The notes under the pieces are model-generated. The model did not search any database and was not told where the DNA came from. It saw only the letters and a program-made list of their open reading frames with translations. A stretch of DNA of 64,000 bases from Candidatus Woesearchaeota archaeon (GTDB taxonomy: Archaea; Nanobdellota; Nanobdellia; Woesearchaeales; WJKL01), in the NCBI GenBank assembly GCA_019322435.1, contig JAHWIR010000005.1, forward strand, positions 67,443 to 131,442, in the 5' to 3' direction. The translations under genes were made by a program, and so were the position numbers. Of this stretch, positions 45,298 through 54,442 are shown piece after piece. Position 1 is the first letter of the stretch. Each line of letters opens with the position of its first letter.

Positions 45298-47291
45298 AGG
45301 CTCCAGTCTTGTGAAGGCGAGTACGGGCCAAAGATAAAGTAAGGCGGTGTTGTCTGGCCAAAATAAGAATATTGGATGCTGCCCCAGTTCTCCTTAGGTT
45401 TGTCTGTTCTTCCGACAGCACCATGTGCTCCATACACTGGAGAGCCGAATAACTTCCATGTTTTCATCAAGCCGTGGAAGTCAGAGACATCTGTTGTTGC
45501 TGCTGCTCCTGGTTCTACTGTCAGGGCCCCTTCATAACCGTGTTTTTTGAGTATTGCGACCATCTCTTTTATTGGAGTTGTGCCGTCTCCAGGAGTCAGA
45601 TGCTCGTCCTGATAGCCGTAATTGTCTGCCAAGTGGACATTGCCAACCATCCCTTTTTTTGCCATTGTCTCTACTTCATTTAACATCCATTTTTTGAAAG
45701 CAGCGTCATTATCTTGCGTTGTCTTGTTTGGGTCGTTCTGCCAGTATTTTCTCCAGGTATTCAGGTGGCCTGTGTCTAATGTTGCTTTTATATGTGTTTC
45801 TGCTAGTTTTTTTGCCTGGCTTGGGTCTATTTTTCTATCATGCACCAGTTTTTCAGCCATTTTTTTCCTGCTGTTCTCAATAAGGTTCATCAATTCTCTT
45901 GGATGGCCTCCATAGCTTTCTGGATAGATATTTTCCATTGTGACGAAGACTGGTTTTTCTAATTTTTTTGCTCTTGTCTGGTCATATGCATAGATTCCTG
46001 CTTGCGCATAAGAATCAAATGATTCAGTTAAAGCGTATTTTTTTACAGAAGCTACATTTTCCCTTGATTCTCTTGATTCTGCTGCCAGCTGTTCCTGGGA
46101 AACAGAAGCTTCGTGCTCATATTCCATTGATTTTTTTGTATCATTTATTGCCTTGTTTATTATTTCTGTTGGAGTCTTATATTCTGAAGGAGTTAGTCCT
46201 GCTTCTGACAAAGGACCAGGGACTTTCATTGAAAGTTTCCATCTTTCTGATTCTGGTGTTGCTGTTTCAAGTTTTTCATAGAATATCAATGCTTTTTTCA
46301 TTTTTTCAAGATTCTTTTTTTGCTGTTCAAAGCCTTGTGCATACTGCAAAGCCCAACCTCTTGCATGGCCCTCATTTGCTTCCAAGGTTGCCTGCAGGAA
46401 AGCTTCTTCTGGTTCAACATATTCACTAGGATGCTGTATTTGCAATTGTGTAACAGATAGTCCTTTTTGTCTTGCCAAGTCTTCATTTCTTTCTCTTGCT
46501 TCTGCTTCAAAGTCCTGCCATCCTTTTAATTCAACTTTAAATCTTCCTGTAGAAGGATCATATTCAGGGACTCTATTTTCAATGCCAACTACCTTATCTT
46601 CATAATTGATATATTCATTTCCTGGGTGTTTTGGTTTTTCGTCAGTTGTACGCCATATAGGCCTAGGAACTTTTTGGTTTTTTCTTACCTGGGTCATTAC
46701 CTGCCCTGTTCTTCTATCTACAACTCTTACTACTGCTTCTTCTGGCTCTTCTTCATAAGCTGCAAATTGCTGTTTTCCTGCTGGATCTCTTGCCCATTCC
46801 TCTTCTGAGATTGGTCTTTGGAATTCTCCTGTGTGGACAACAACAGAGCCTCCTTTTGCTGTGTCTGCTGCAAATTCTATTGCTCTTTTTATTTCATCTA
46901 CAGATGTTTTCTTTTGTTCTTTTGAGAAGTTTCCAGATCTTTGGTCCATTCCAGCCAATCCCATAACACCAAATCCTGCATGGGTTGTAAGATTTATTTC
47001 ATTGATTTCAGCAATCTCCCTTAGTGCCTGCCTTTGCTCTTCTCCATACATTCCTGGTGTTTGAGCTTGTCTTTGTCCTGTTCCTGCTCCTGGAAACTGG
47101 ATTTCAAGGCTTCCTGCTCCTGTTTTTAGTTTTGCTGCAACCCCTTGTACATTCTGTGCTGCAATTCCCATTGGAACTCCTTGTCCAATATCTTGGATTC
47201 CAATGCCTATGTCATTTGTTGAAGGTTCATCTATTGTAGGCTTTCCATAATCCCTGTCCATTGGTGTTACATAACTTGAAAATTCGACCAT
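45273..47291 (-). CDS. Xylose-isomerase-like TIM-barrel (AP endonuclease 2 / sugar-phosphate isomerase fold) protein with a large internal insertion.
   Basis: C-terminal HLADNYGYQDEHLTPGDGTTPIKEMVAILKKHGYEGALTVE matches the HxxDN...PG.G.ID......GY.G...E signature. N-terminal ...THAGFG...VVVHTGEF strands precede a ~350-aa charged insert. Confidence 0.45.
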   Translation of the reverse strand: MVEFSSYVTPMDRDYGKPTIDEPSTNDIGIGIQDIGQGVPMGIAAQNVQGVAAKLKTGAGSLEIQFPGAGTGQRQAQTPGMYGEEQRQALREIAEINEINLTTHAGFGVMGLAGMDQRSGNFSKEQKKTSVDEIKRAIEFAADTAKGGSVVVHTGEFQRPISEEEWARDPAGKQQFAAYEEEPEEAVVRVVDRRTGQVMTQVRKNQKVPRPIWRTTDEKPKHPGNEYINYEDKVVGIENRVPEYDPSTGRFKVELKGWQDFEAEARERNEDLARQKGLSVTQLQIQHPSEYVEPEEAFLQATLEANEGHARGWALQYAQGFEQQKKNLEKMKKALIFYEKLETATPESERWKLSMKVPGPLSEAGLTPSEYKTPTEIINKAINDTKKSMEYEHEASVSQEQLAAESRESRENVASVKKYALTESFDSYAQAGIYAYDQTRAKKLEKPVFVTMENIYPESYGGHPRELMNLIENSRKKMAEKLVHDRKIDPSQAKKLAETHIKATLDTGHLNTWRKYWQNDPNKTTQDNDAAFKKWMLNEVETMAKKGMVGNVHLADNYGYQDEHLTPGDGTTPIKEMVAILKKHGYEGALTVEPGAAATTDVSDFHGLMKTWKLFGSPVYGAHGAVGRTDKPKENWGSIQYSYFGQTTPPYFIFGPYSPSQDWSLWSQVPME

Positions 47292-47294
47292 ATT

Positions 47295-47909
47295 TTACCT
47301 CTTATACATTCCGTGTTTGAATTTCTCGATTAAAACCATCTCTCTTGCAACTTCTTTTGATAATTGTCCTTCTGGATAGTTTCCTGCTTCTATGTCCTGC
47401 ATCTTTTTTCTGTTTGCGTATTCAATGTTGCCGAATTCTTCCTGCTGCTCTGGAGTGAACTGGTTTCCTTGTTCTTTGAATTGGTTATATAATGTACCTG
47501 CCCTGCTATAGAGCTCTTCTGTTGGTCTTCTGCTAAGCTGATTAAGATATTCAATCTGCTGCTGCTCTTCTGCGGGTGTAAGCTTAGGAGCTGTTTCTGC
47601 AATTGATTCCAGTTCCCCTGGCTTTTCTTTTTTCTCTTCTGCTTCTTTTTTTGGCTTTTCTGTGACAAATCTTTTTGCTTTGAAAAGCTCTTTTTCTGCT
47701 GGTGAAAATAATTCGTCAATGTCTACTGCTTTTAGCTGGGGAATTGGAATGTCTTTTAATTCTTCTTCAATCTCTGCTTCTTCTTCTGCCTGCTTAAGAA
47801 GCTTTTGCGCTTCTTCGATTTCTTCTTTGTCTTTTTCCTGAAGCTCTTTTAGTCTTTTTATTCTTTCTTTTGGTGAAAGCTTCTTTAATTCATCAATATC
47901 TTCTGCCAT
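47295..47909 (-). CDS. Coiled-coil E/K-rich hypothetical protein.
   Basis: 204-aa ORF, 3 bp downstream of the previous gene. Confidence 0.4.
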   Translation of the reverse strand: MAEDIDELKKLSPKERIKRLKELQEKDKEEIEEAQKLLKQAEEEAEIEEELKDIPIPQLKAVDIDELFSPAEKELFKAKRFVTEKPKKEAEEKKEKPGELESIAETAPKLTPAEEQQQIEYLNQLSRRPTEELYSRAGTLYNQFKEQGNQFTPEQQEEFGNIEYANRKKMQDIEAGNYPEGQLSKEVAREMVLIEKFKHGMYKR

Positions 47910-47964
47910 ATTAATGTGTTAATTGAAGTAATATATAAACATGAGGTGAATTTGCGTAGCTTGT

Positions 47965-49416
47965 TTACCACATAATCATTCCATGGTTTTTTTTGAAATT
48001 CTTAAAAGCAACAAACATGTCCTCCTTTGCAATGCCTACTGCTTTGCCCCTATTTGCTTTATCTTTTATAGGGCTTAGTTTTGGTTTTTTTGGCTTTTTA
48101 GGTTTTTTTGGCTTTTTAGGGCCTAAAAATTCTGCTTTTAATCTCTGCACCATACCTGGCGGGCCTTGTTTTTCTTCTTCTTTTTCCTTGCCTTCTGCTT
48201 CTTCAAGATATGATTCTAGGTCTCCTCCCATTGCATCAATTGCTTCTGATAATGTATCTGATATTGATTTTACAAGTTCAAGGTCTTCTTTTTCTCTTAG
48301 TTTTTGGAAATTATCGATTTGATCCTGGGTCCAGACATAAGCTCTCAAATCAAGGTCAAGCTTTCCGACATGGATAGGGCCTCTTTGGTATCCTTCCTGC
48401 TGGAATGACATTGAAGGTCTTGTTCTGAAAAGAAAGCTGGCTAATATGCAGGAATGCCATCTTCCTAATGGTTGTTTTGCTGCTAGGAATTCAACTTCAA
48501 CCATTGAGCCTTCAAAAGCACTTACCATGTCAGGTGTAAGGACCTTTTCTTCATCTAATGTCAGTCTTCTTATATGTTTCAGATAAGGCTTGACCCATGT
48601 CATGTACATCTTTATGATTGTGTAATGCTGCCTCAGGTATTTTAATGTGAAGTTTCTTCTTACCTTAAGCTCTTCAAAGGTCTTTTCTTTCCAGATTATG
48701 AACATCTTTAGTTTTCTTTTAAGGGCATTTTTTACTGCTACGTTGAACTGGCCTCTTTGTGTTTCAACAACATCATCAACTTCTGCTGATGTTTTTGGAT
48801 GTGTTGAAAAGAATAAATCTGGAAGGGATGTAAACTGGACTTCACGGGCCATGCCAAACACAGAAGATGGATTTTTAGCTCCGCCTTCTACCATGTCTAT
48901 CCAGATTCCTTTTAGGGTGATTTCAGCAGACTCTTTTCCAGCAAAGCTGTCTACATAATATTCTTCTCTTTCATCAATGATTCTTAGTTCTCTTACTAAT
49001 TGGAAGATCTCTTTTACCATCTTTCCAACTGTTGCTAAGAACTGGCTTACTTTATCCTGCTGGAGGCCTATTCTTTGCTGCGAGACTCCGAAAAAAGCAG
49101 AGTTTTCAGATGCTGAGAACACATCTATTGTCTTGTAAAGGTGAGGATAGTTTATGTCTTTGTTTATGTAGTTTAATGTCCAGAAATATGCTGATTCCAT
49201 TGACAGGTTAGGAGCTTCCAAGCTGATTCTAAATCTTTTAATTGGCTGAGGGTAACCTGTTTTGAGGTATTGGTCTCTTACTTCTTCCCATTCTTCTTCA
49301 TCAGCATGCTCGGGTTTTGCTGTTTTTTCTATTTCAGCATCAGATTTATCCTTATATAAATCTGCATACTTCTTCTTAATAAAACCCTGCTTAACTAAAA
49401 GAATGCTTTTTGACAT
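47965..49416 (-). CDS. Hypothetical protein with a KPKKPKKPKKPK tail.
   Basis: 483-aa ORF. Confidence 0.45.
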   Translation of the reverse strand: MSKSILLVKQGFIKKKYADLYKDKSDAEIEKTAKPEHADEEEWEEVRDQYLKTGYPQPIKRFRISLEAPNLSMESAYFWTLNYINKDINYPHLYKTIDVFSASENSAFFGVSQQRIGLQQDKVSQFLATVGKMVKEIFQLVRELRIIDEREEYYVDSFAGKESAEITLKGIWIDMVEGGAKNPSSVFGMAREVQFTSLPDLFFSTHPKTSAEVDDVVETQRGQFNVAVKNALKRKLKMFIIWKEKTFEELKVRRNFTLKYLRQHYTIIKMYMTWVKPYLKHIRRLTLDEEKVLTPDMVSAFEGSMVEVEFLAAKQPLGRWHSCILASFLFRTRPSMSFQQEGYQRGPIHVGKLDLDLRAYVWTQDQIDNFQKLREKEDLELVKSISDTLSEAIDAMGGDLESYLEEAEGKEKEEEKQGPPGMVQRLKAEFLGPKKPKKPKKPKKPKLSPIKDKANRGKAVGIAKEDMFVAFKNFKKNHGMIMW

Positions 49417-49471
49417 CTAATTCCCTCTTTTTTAATAAATTGTCTTGCTATATTTAAATATATTTCGTTTA

Positions 49472-49540
49472 TCAAAAGGTTTATACAATAATCGGCAAAG
49501 CCGCTTAAGCATAAACCTTTTTTCAAAAGGTTTATAAATA
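49472..49540 (+). promoter_or_regulatory. About 70-bp palindromic double BRE/TATA module (copy 2) upstream of rps6e.
   Basis: Same outer 16-mer and inner 30-mer as 26781-26850. The central hairpin differs but is still self-complementary (CGGCAAAGCCG). Confidence 0.55.
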
Positions 49541-49615
49541 AAGTTAAGTTTTTGATGTATATTCTTAGCTGAGCCGTAGTTACTGAATACGCGCTCGGAA
49601 TGGAGGACGTTTACA

Positions 49616-50149
49616 ATGGCAGAATTTAAATTGACAATAGCTGACCCTAAAACAGGAAAATGTGTTCAAAAGACTGTTGGAGGAGATGCTGCAAAGGGTT
49701 TTATTGGATTAAAGATAGGTGATACTGTAAAAGGAGAAGTCATGGACCTGACTGGTTATGAGTTTATACTAACTGGTGGAAGTGACTACTGCGGATTTCC
49801 AATGAGAAAAGGGATTTCAGGAGCAAGGAAAAGAGTGCTGGTCTTGAAAGGTGTTGGATTTCGCGGTGGGAAGAAAGGTATCAAGAGAAGGAAGACAGTG
49901 TGTGGAGAAGCAATAAATGAAAATATTGTTCAGATAAATCTTAAGATTGCAAAGAAAGGAAAAGCTGATCTAACTGCTGAAGCTCCTAAAGAGGAGAAGA
50001 AGGAAGAAGCAAAAGAGGCTCCGAAAGAAGAGAAAAAAGAAAAAGCAAAGGCAGAAGAAAAGCCTAAGGAAGAAGCTCCGAAAGAAGCTCCTAAGGAAAA
50101 AGCAAAGGCAGAGGAGAAGCCAAAAGAAGAAGCTAAAAAAGAAGGTTAG
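49616..50149 (+). CDS. rps6e: Ribosomal protein S6e with a K/E/A/P-rich C-terminal extension.
   Basis: N-terminus MAEFKLTIADPKTGKCVQKTV...GGSDYCGFPMRKG is S6e-typical. GGAGGA ribosome-binding site. Confidence 0.85.
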   Translation: MAEFKLTIADPKTGKCVQKTVGGDAAKGFIGLKIGDTVKGEVMDLTGYEFILTGGSDYCGFPMRKGISGARKRVLVLKGVGFRGGKKGIKRRKTVCGEAINENIVQINLKIAKKGKADLTAEAPKEEKKEEAKEAPKEEKKEKAKAEEKPKEEAPKEAPKEKAKAEEKPKEEAKKEG

Positions 50150-50153
50150 ATAA

Positions 50154-50303
50154 ATGGCATTCAAAAATAAACTAAACCAATTAAATGCGAAGATCAATCA
50201 ATTGATTGCGCAGATTAAGGCCTGGCCTCAATACAAGAAGATTGGAGTTGGAATCATAGTGCTTGGCTTTATATTATTGGTAATCGGAATATTGCTGTAT
50301 TAG
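50154..50303 (+). CDS. Small (49 aa) single-pass membrane protein between rps6e and the aIF2-gamma gene.
   Basis: MAFKNKLNQLNAKINQLIAQIKAWPQYKKIGVGIIVLGFILLVIGILLY. Below the ORF-track size cutoff. Packed 4 bp after the rps6e stop and 4 bp before the next gene. Confidence 0.3.
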   Translation: MAFKNKLNQLNAKINQLIAQIKAWPQYKKIGVGIIVLGFILLVIGILLY

Positions 50304-50307
50304 ATAA

Positions 50308-51537
50308 ATGGCAGACAAAGATAAACTACAACCTGAGATAAACATCGGAATGGTTGGTCATGTTGATCATGGCAAGACCACTTTAGTTAAGGCTCTTTCT
50401 GGGATATGGACTGATACGCATTCTGAAGAGATTAAAAGAGGGATTACAATAAGATTAGGGTATGCTGATGCTGTTTTTTACAGATGCGAGAAATGCAAGA
50501 AGTTTGTTGTTTCAAAGAAATGTTCTTGCGGTGGAAAGGCTTCAGTTGTCAGGAAAGTAAGTTTTGTTGATGCTCCTGGACATGAATCGTTGATGGCAAC
50601 AATGCTGTCTGGAGCTACTATAATGGATGGAGCTATATTGCTGATTGCTGCAAATGAAACATGCCCGCAGCCGCAGACAAGAGAGCATCTGATGGCACTG
50701 AAGATAAGCGGGATAAAGAATGTGGTTGTTGTGCAGAACAAGATCGATACTGTGAGCAAGGAAGATGCTGTTAAAAATTATAAAGAGATCAAGGCATTTT
50801 TGAAAGGAACTGATTATGAAAAATCTCATGTCATCCCTGTCTCTGCCCAGCAGAATATCAATGTAGATGTCTTGATTGAAGGTATTGAAAAGACAATTCC
50901 TACTCCTAAAAGAGATCCTAAAGCAAATCCACTTATGTTTGTTGCAAGAAGCTTTGATATCAACAAGCCTGGAGCTGCTCCAGATAGCCTTGTTGGAGGA
51001 GTGTTAGGTGGGGCTCTTAAGCAGGGAGTGCTAAGGGTTGGAGAAGAGATTGAGATAAAGCCTGGATTGGGCATAGAAGATAAAAACCAAAAGAAATGGA
51101 TCCCTATAAAGACTGTGATTGCTGATTTGAAGACAGGCGGGAAAAGCGTGAAAGAAGTTGGTCCTGGCGGAAGCATAGGTGTGATGACAGCACTTGACAA
51201 TACTGTTGTCAAGTCAGACAGCTTGGCTGGCAGTGTTGTTGGCTTGCATGGACAATTGCCTCCTGTATGGAATGATCTTAGCCTGGATGTTCATCTGCTT
51301 GAGAGGGTTGTTGGAGCTGAAGAAGATCTGAAAGTTGAAGCCATCAAAATGAAAGAACCATTAATGCTTAATGTTAACTCAGCTGCAACTGTTGGTGTTG
51401 TTACAGAGCTTGGAAAGGATTCTGTTAAATGTATTTTAAAATTGCCTGTCTGCGCTGATGTCGGAAGCAATGTGACTATTTCTAGAAGGATTGGGACTAG
51501 GTTTAGATTGATTGGTTATGGTGTTATTAAAGAATAA
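50308..51537 (+). CDS. eif2g: Translation initiation factor 2 subunit gamma (aIF2-gamma).
   Basis: G1 motif GHVDHGKTT, zinc ribbon CEKCKKF...CSCGG, and NKID G4 motif. 409 aa. Confidence 0.9.
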   Translation: MADKDKLQPEINIGMVGHVDHGKTTLVKALSGIWTDTHSEEIKRGITIRLGYADAVFYRCEKCKKFVVSKKCSCGGKASVVRKVSFVDAPGHESLMATMLSGATIMDGAILLIAANETCPQPQTREHLMALKISGIKNVVVVQNKIDTVSKEDAVKNYKEIKAFLKGTDYEKSHVIPVSAQQNINVDVLIEGIEKTIPTPKRDPKANPLMFVARSFDINKPGAAPDSLVGGVLGGALKQGVLRVGEEIEIKPGLGIEDKNQKKWIPIKTVIADLKTGGKSVKEVGPGGSIGVMTALDNTVVKSDSLAGSVVGLHGQLPPVWNDLSLDVHLLERVVGAEEDLKVEAIKMKEPLMLNVNSAATVGVVTELGKDSVKCILKLPVCADVGSNVTISRRIGTRFRLIGYGVIKE

Positions 51538-51539
51538 GT

Positions 51540-52040
51540 TTATAGGTTCATCTTGTCTATAGTTACTTTGAACCAATAAGCGTATTTGTCTGGGTTGGAT
51601 TTTATGTCTTGTTTTAGATCTTCTATAGAAATCCATTTGTAATCTTCAACTTCTTCTTTGTTGATAGTCACTTGAGGATTTGCTTTTCCTGTGAAAACAT
51701 AAAGATATTCATTCTCTGTTAGACCATTGTCGAATTCTACTCTGTAGGTAAATTTCATTATCTCTTTTAGTTCAGTGTCAAAGCCCATCTCTTCCTGCAA
51801 TCTTCTGTGTGTTGCTTGATTAATGTCTTCATTAGGTCTTGGATGAGAACAGCAGGTATTTGCCCATAATCCTGGGCAATGATATTTGTGCTTTGCTCTT
51901 TGATGAATTAGTAGTTCACCTTTGTTGTTGAAGATATAGATAGAGAACGCTCTGTGGAGTTTTGCATCAATATGCGCTTTTTGCTTTTCTTCTGTTCCTA
52001 TTTGGTTGTTGTTTTCATCTACTAGAATAACTTGTTCCAT
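51540..52040 (-). CDS. idi: Isopentenyl-diphosphate delta-isomerase, type 1 (Nudix-fold).
   Basis: Collinear with E. coli Idi: VILVDEN..IG, HRAFS, PGLWANTCCSHP, RRLQEEMG, TENEYLYVF. ATG at 52040 is preferred over the ORF-track TTG. Confidence 0.8.
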   Translation of the reverse strand: MEQVILVDENNNQIGTEEKQKAHIDAKLHRAFSIYIFNNKGELLIHQRAKHKYHCPGLWANTCCSHPRPNEDINQATHRRLQEEMGFDTELKEIMKFTYRVEFDNGLTENEYLYVFTGKANPQVTINKEEVEDYKWISIEDLKQDIKSNPDKYAYWFKVTIDKMNL

Positions 52041-52075
52041 ATACAATGGAGTTTAGAACTTCTTTTTAAAGATTA

Positions 52076-52540
52076 TTATTTTTTGAATATATTTTTGATC
52101 CAGTTTACTATTTTTTGGAATATTGTTGGTTGTTTTATCTCAGGAGCAATCTCTTCTGCTGCTTTTTCAATCTCTTCATATTCTTCTTTAGTTGCTTCTT
52201 CCAAAGGAGGTTCTTGTTCTGTTGTTGCTTCACAGACTGAGGGATAGAATCTTATCTCAACTCTGTCTGGACCTTCTTTTGCTTCTTCTTCTAAGATTTC
52301 CCTTACAAATATTGCAGAGCCTTGCTTGAATCTGTAGTAATCATGGTAGCCTAGTATTTTTGAAGTATCATTGTTTAATCTGAATTTTACTTCATTGCCT
52401 GAGATGTAGATTGCTTCTAATTCATAGGTGTTGTTGCAGTAGGATTTAGGGATTGCCTGAGTTAAGGTATCTGTGATTCTGCAGGCAGCTGCTGTGGTTA
52501 TCAAGAGCAGGAATATTAGTAGATAAATTAATTTTTTCAT
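52076..52540 (-). CDS. Secreted hypothetical protein.
   Basis: Signal peptide MKKLIYLLIFLLLITTAAA. ATGA overlap with the upstream PolX gene. Confidence 0.45.
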   Translation of the reverse strand: MKKLIYLLIFLLLITTAAACRITDTLTQAIPKSYCNNTYELEAIYISGNEVKFRLNNDTSKILGYHDYYRFKQGSAIFVREILEEEAKEGPDRVEIRFYPSVCEATTEQEPPLEEATKEEYEEIEKAAEEIAPEIKQPTIFQKIVNWIKNIFKK

Positions 52541-53493
52541 CTTTCTCTCTGCTCTGGTTTTAGATATTTTGTTCCTAATTTTTTACAGATGCTTTGCTCT
52601 GTTCTTCCTGCAATCATTTTGCCTGTTTTCTTATCAAATAATCCGTATTCACTTAGTTTGTAGCCTTTTTTTATGGCTATTTTTCTCATTTCAATATTGT
52701 AGTTTTTGCTTCCTGTCAGATAGAACAAGCCTGCTCCATATGATTTTGGTGGAAGAACTCTCAAATCTGCCTGCACTCCGTTTGTTAATATGATTGTTGC
52801 TTTTGTCGGGCCTTTAGCCAATACCTTTTGGATGTCTCTTATTTTTGTGAAAGCATTGATTACTTTTTCTGGCTGAGTTGAGGAAGCAATTATATCAATA
52901 TCTCTAATTAATGGTTTTCTTCTTCTAAGAGAGCCGGCAATAGAAATCTTGTTAATGAATGGTTTTCCTTCTAATTGCTTGATTATTCTTCTTGCAATTG
53001 TTATTGCCTGTTTGTAAGGAATCCTTCCTTTTGATTTTCTCAGCAATGCAATGCCTTCCAGGATGTCCTGCTCTGATTTCTCTCCAAATCCAGGAAGCTT
53101 TGATATCTTTTTCTGGAGTGCTGCTTTTTCCAGCTGCTTTATTGTCCTTATGTTCAGTTCTTTGTTCAGCTTTTTTACTTTTTTTATGCCCATGCCGGGG
53201 ATTTTTGTAAGGACAGATATGTGGAGAGGTATTGATCTCTTTAGTTTTTCATATTCTTTTATCTTTCCTGTCTTGATGTACTCAATAATCTTTTTTCCGA
53301 TTGCATCTCCTACACCAGGAATCTCTTTCAGAAGTTTTAATCCTCCTTTTTTGTAGACTGATCTTAAGTCTTCCGGGGTTGCGTCAATTGCACGAGCTGC
53401 CTGCCTGAAAGCACGAGGCTTCCACTCAACATTTTTCATATCAAGAATATCAGCTATTTCAAAAAAGATTGCAGCAAGCTCTTGGTTGATCAT
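52537..53493 (-). CDS. DNA polymerase family X (Pol beta-like), polymerase core only.
   Basis: HhH motifs (IPGVGDAIGKKI, IPGMGIKKVKKL, LPGFGEKSEQ) and the NTase motif GSLRRRKPLIRDIDII. No PHP domain. ATG at 53493 abuts the GNAT-gene stop; an alternative TTG is at 53520. Confidence 0.8.
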   Translation of the reverse strand: MINQELAAIFFEIADILDMKNVEWKPRAFRQAARAIDATPEDLRSVYKKGGLKLLKEIPGVGDAIGKKIIEYIKTGKIKEYEKLKRSIPLHISVLTKIPGMGIKKVKKLNKELNIRTIKQLEKAALQKKISKLPGFGEKSEQDILEGIALLRKSKGRIPYKQAITIARRIIKQLEGKPFINKISIAGSLRRRKPLIRDIDIIASSTQPEKVINAFTKIRDIQKVLAKGPTKATIILTNGVQADLRVLPPKSYGAGLFYLTGSKNYNIEMRKIAIKKGYKLSEYGLFDKKTGKMIAGRTEQSICKKLGTKYLKPEQRER

Positions 53494-53927
53494 TTTAATT
53501 TTTTCTTCAATATGACCCAATTTGTCTTATTATATCCCTTCTTTTGGTATATTTTATACGCCTTAGACCTCATATCTGATTCTAGTATGATTGTTTTTGC
53601 TTTTTTCTTGTTTAGAAAAGACTCTGCATTTGAAATTAATGCTTTTCCAATGCCTTTGCCTTGATAACTAGAAGTCACAGCTATATCAATGATAAATCCT
53701 CCAGGTGCAAGGTGGTCTGTATAAAGATAAAATGCTATGAATCCTATAATCTTCTTATCCATCTCAGCAACAAGAAGATAGTGGCTATCTCTTTTATAAT
53801 ACTCATTAATTCTTTTGAGAGCTCGTTGATTGCTCCACTTTTCTTTGTAAGGTGGTTTACTAAATTCAACCATAAGAATTTCAGCAATCTTTCCAATATC
53901 TTTTTTAGTAGCTTTCCTTATTCTCAT
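53490..53927 (-). CDS. GNAT-family N-acetyltransferase.
   Basis: Acetyl-CoA-binding motif QGKGIGKALI. 145 aa. Confidence 0.7.
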   Translation of the reverse strand: MRIRKATKKDIGKIAEILMVEFSKPPYKEKWSNQRALKRINEYYKRDSHYLLVAEMDKKIIGFIAFYLYTDHLAPGGFIIDIAVTSSYQGKGIGKALISNAESFLNKKKAKTIILESDMRSKAYKIYQKKGYNKTNWVILKKKLK

Positions 53928-54072
53928 TTATACCTCTTTTTGTTAGAATGTGGTTTGTTAGTATAAAAACTTTTTGCTCGACTTAAAATTTTTGTTTTAG
54001 AAACGTTTAAATAGTTCAAAAATAAGAATTGATTTGCGGATTTTCCGACTAAAAAATAAAGAGGTAGAAAAA

Positions 54073-54261
54073 ATGAAGATGCCAAAATCAGTTAAAGCGT
54101 GCAACAAGGCAATAATGTCTTTGAAGAAGAAGCTAAATATTCTTGAGAAAAGGAAAAAGCTTTTAGCTATGCCAAAAAAGGCTGTTAAGAAAGTTAAGAA
54201 AGCAGCAAAGAGAGTTGCTAAGGTTCCTAAGAAAGCTGTAAGAAGGAAGAAAAAGAAATAA
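54073..54261 (+). CDS. Small very basic Lys-rich protein.
   Basis: MKMPKSVKACNKAIMSLKKKLN...KKAVRRKKKK with AAGAGGTAG ribosome-binding site. The ORF-track start at 54034 is a TTG. Confidence 0.35.
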   Translation: MKMPKSVKACNKAIMSLKKKLNILEKRKKLLAMPKKAVKKVKKAAKRVAKVPKKAVRRKKKK

Positions 54262-54262
54262 A

Positions 54263-54442
54263 TTATTTTTCTTTTAATTCTTGTTTTTTCTTGAGATTAG
54301 GTATTATGTAGTATGCAATTAATGCTATTGCTAAAATTATAATCCAGAAAAGAAATGGTGTTATCAAGCCGAATGAAAATAAAACTAGGTTAGCTATCAC
54401 CACAATCAACAAAATTATTGCAATGGTTTTGAGATAATTCAT
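54263..54442 (-). CDS. Small (59 aa) two-helix membrane protein.
   Basis: MNYLKTIAIILLIVVIANLVLFSFGLITPFLFWIIILAIALIAYYIIPNLKKKQELKEK. Its ATG overlaps the stop of the upstream wHTH gene (ATGA). Not in the ORF track (<60 aa). Confidence 0.35.
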   Translation of the reverse strand: MNYLKTIAIILLIVVIANLVLFSFGLITPFLFWIIILAIALIAYYIIPNLKKKQELKEK

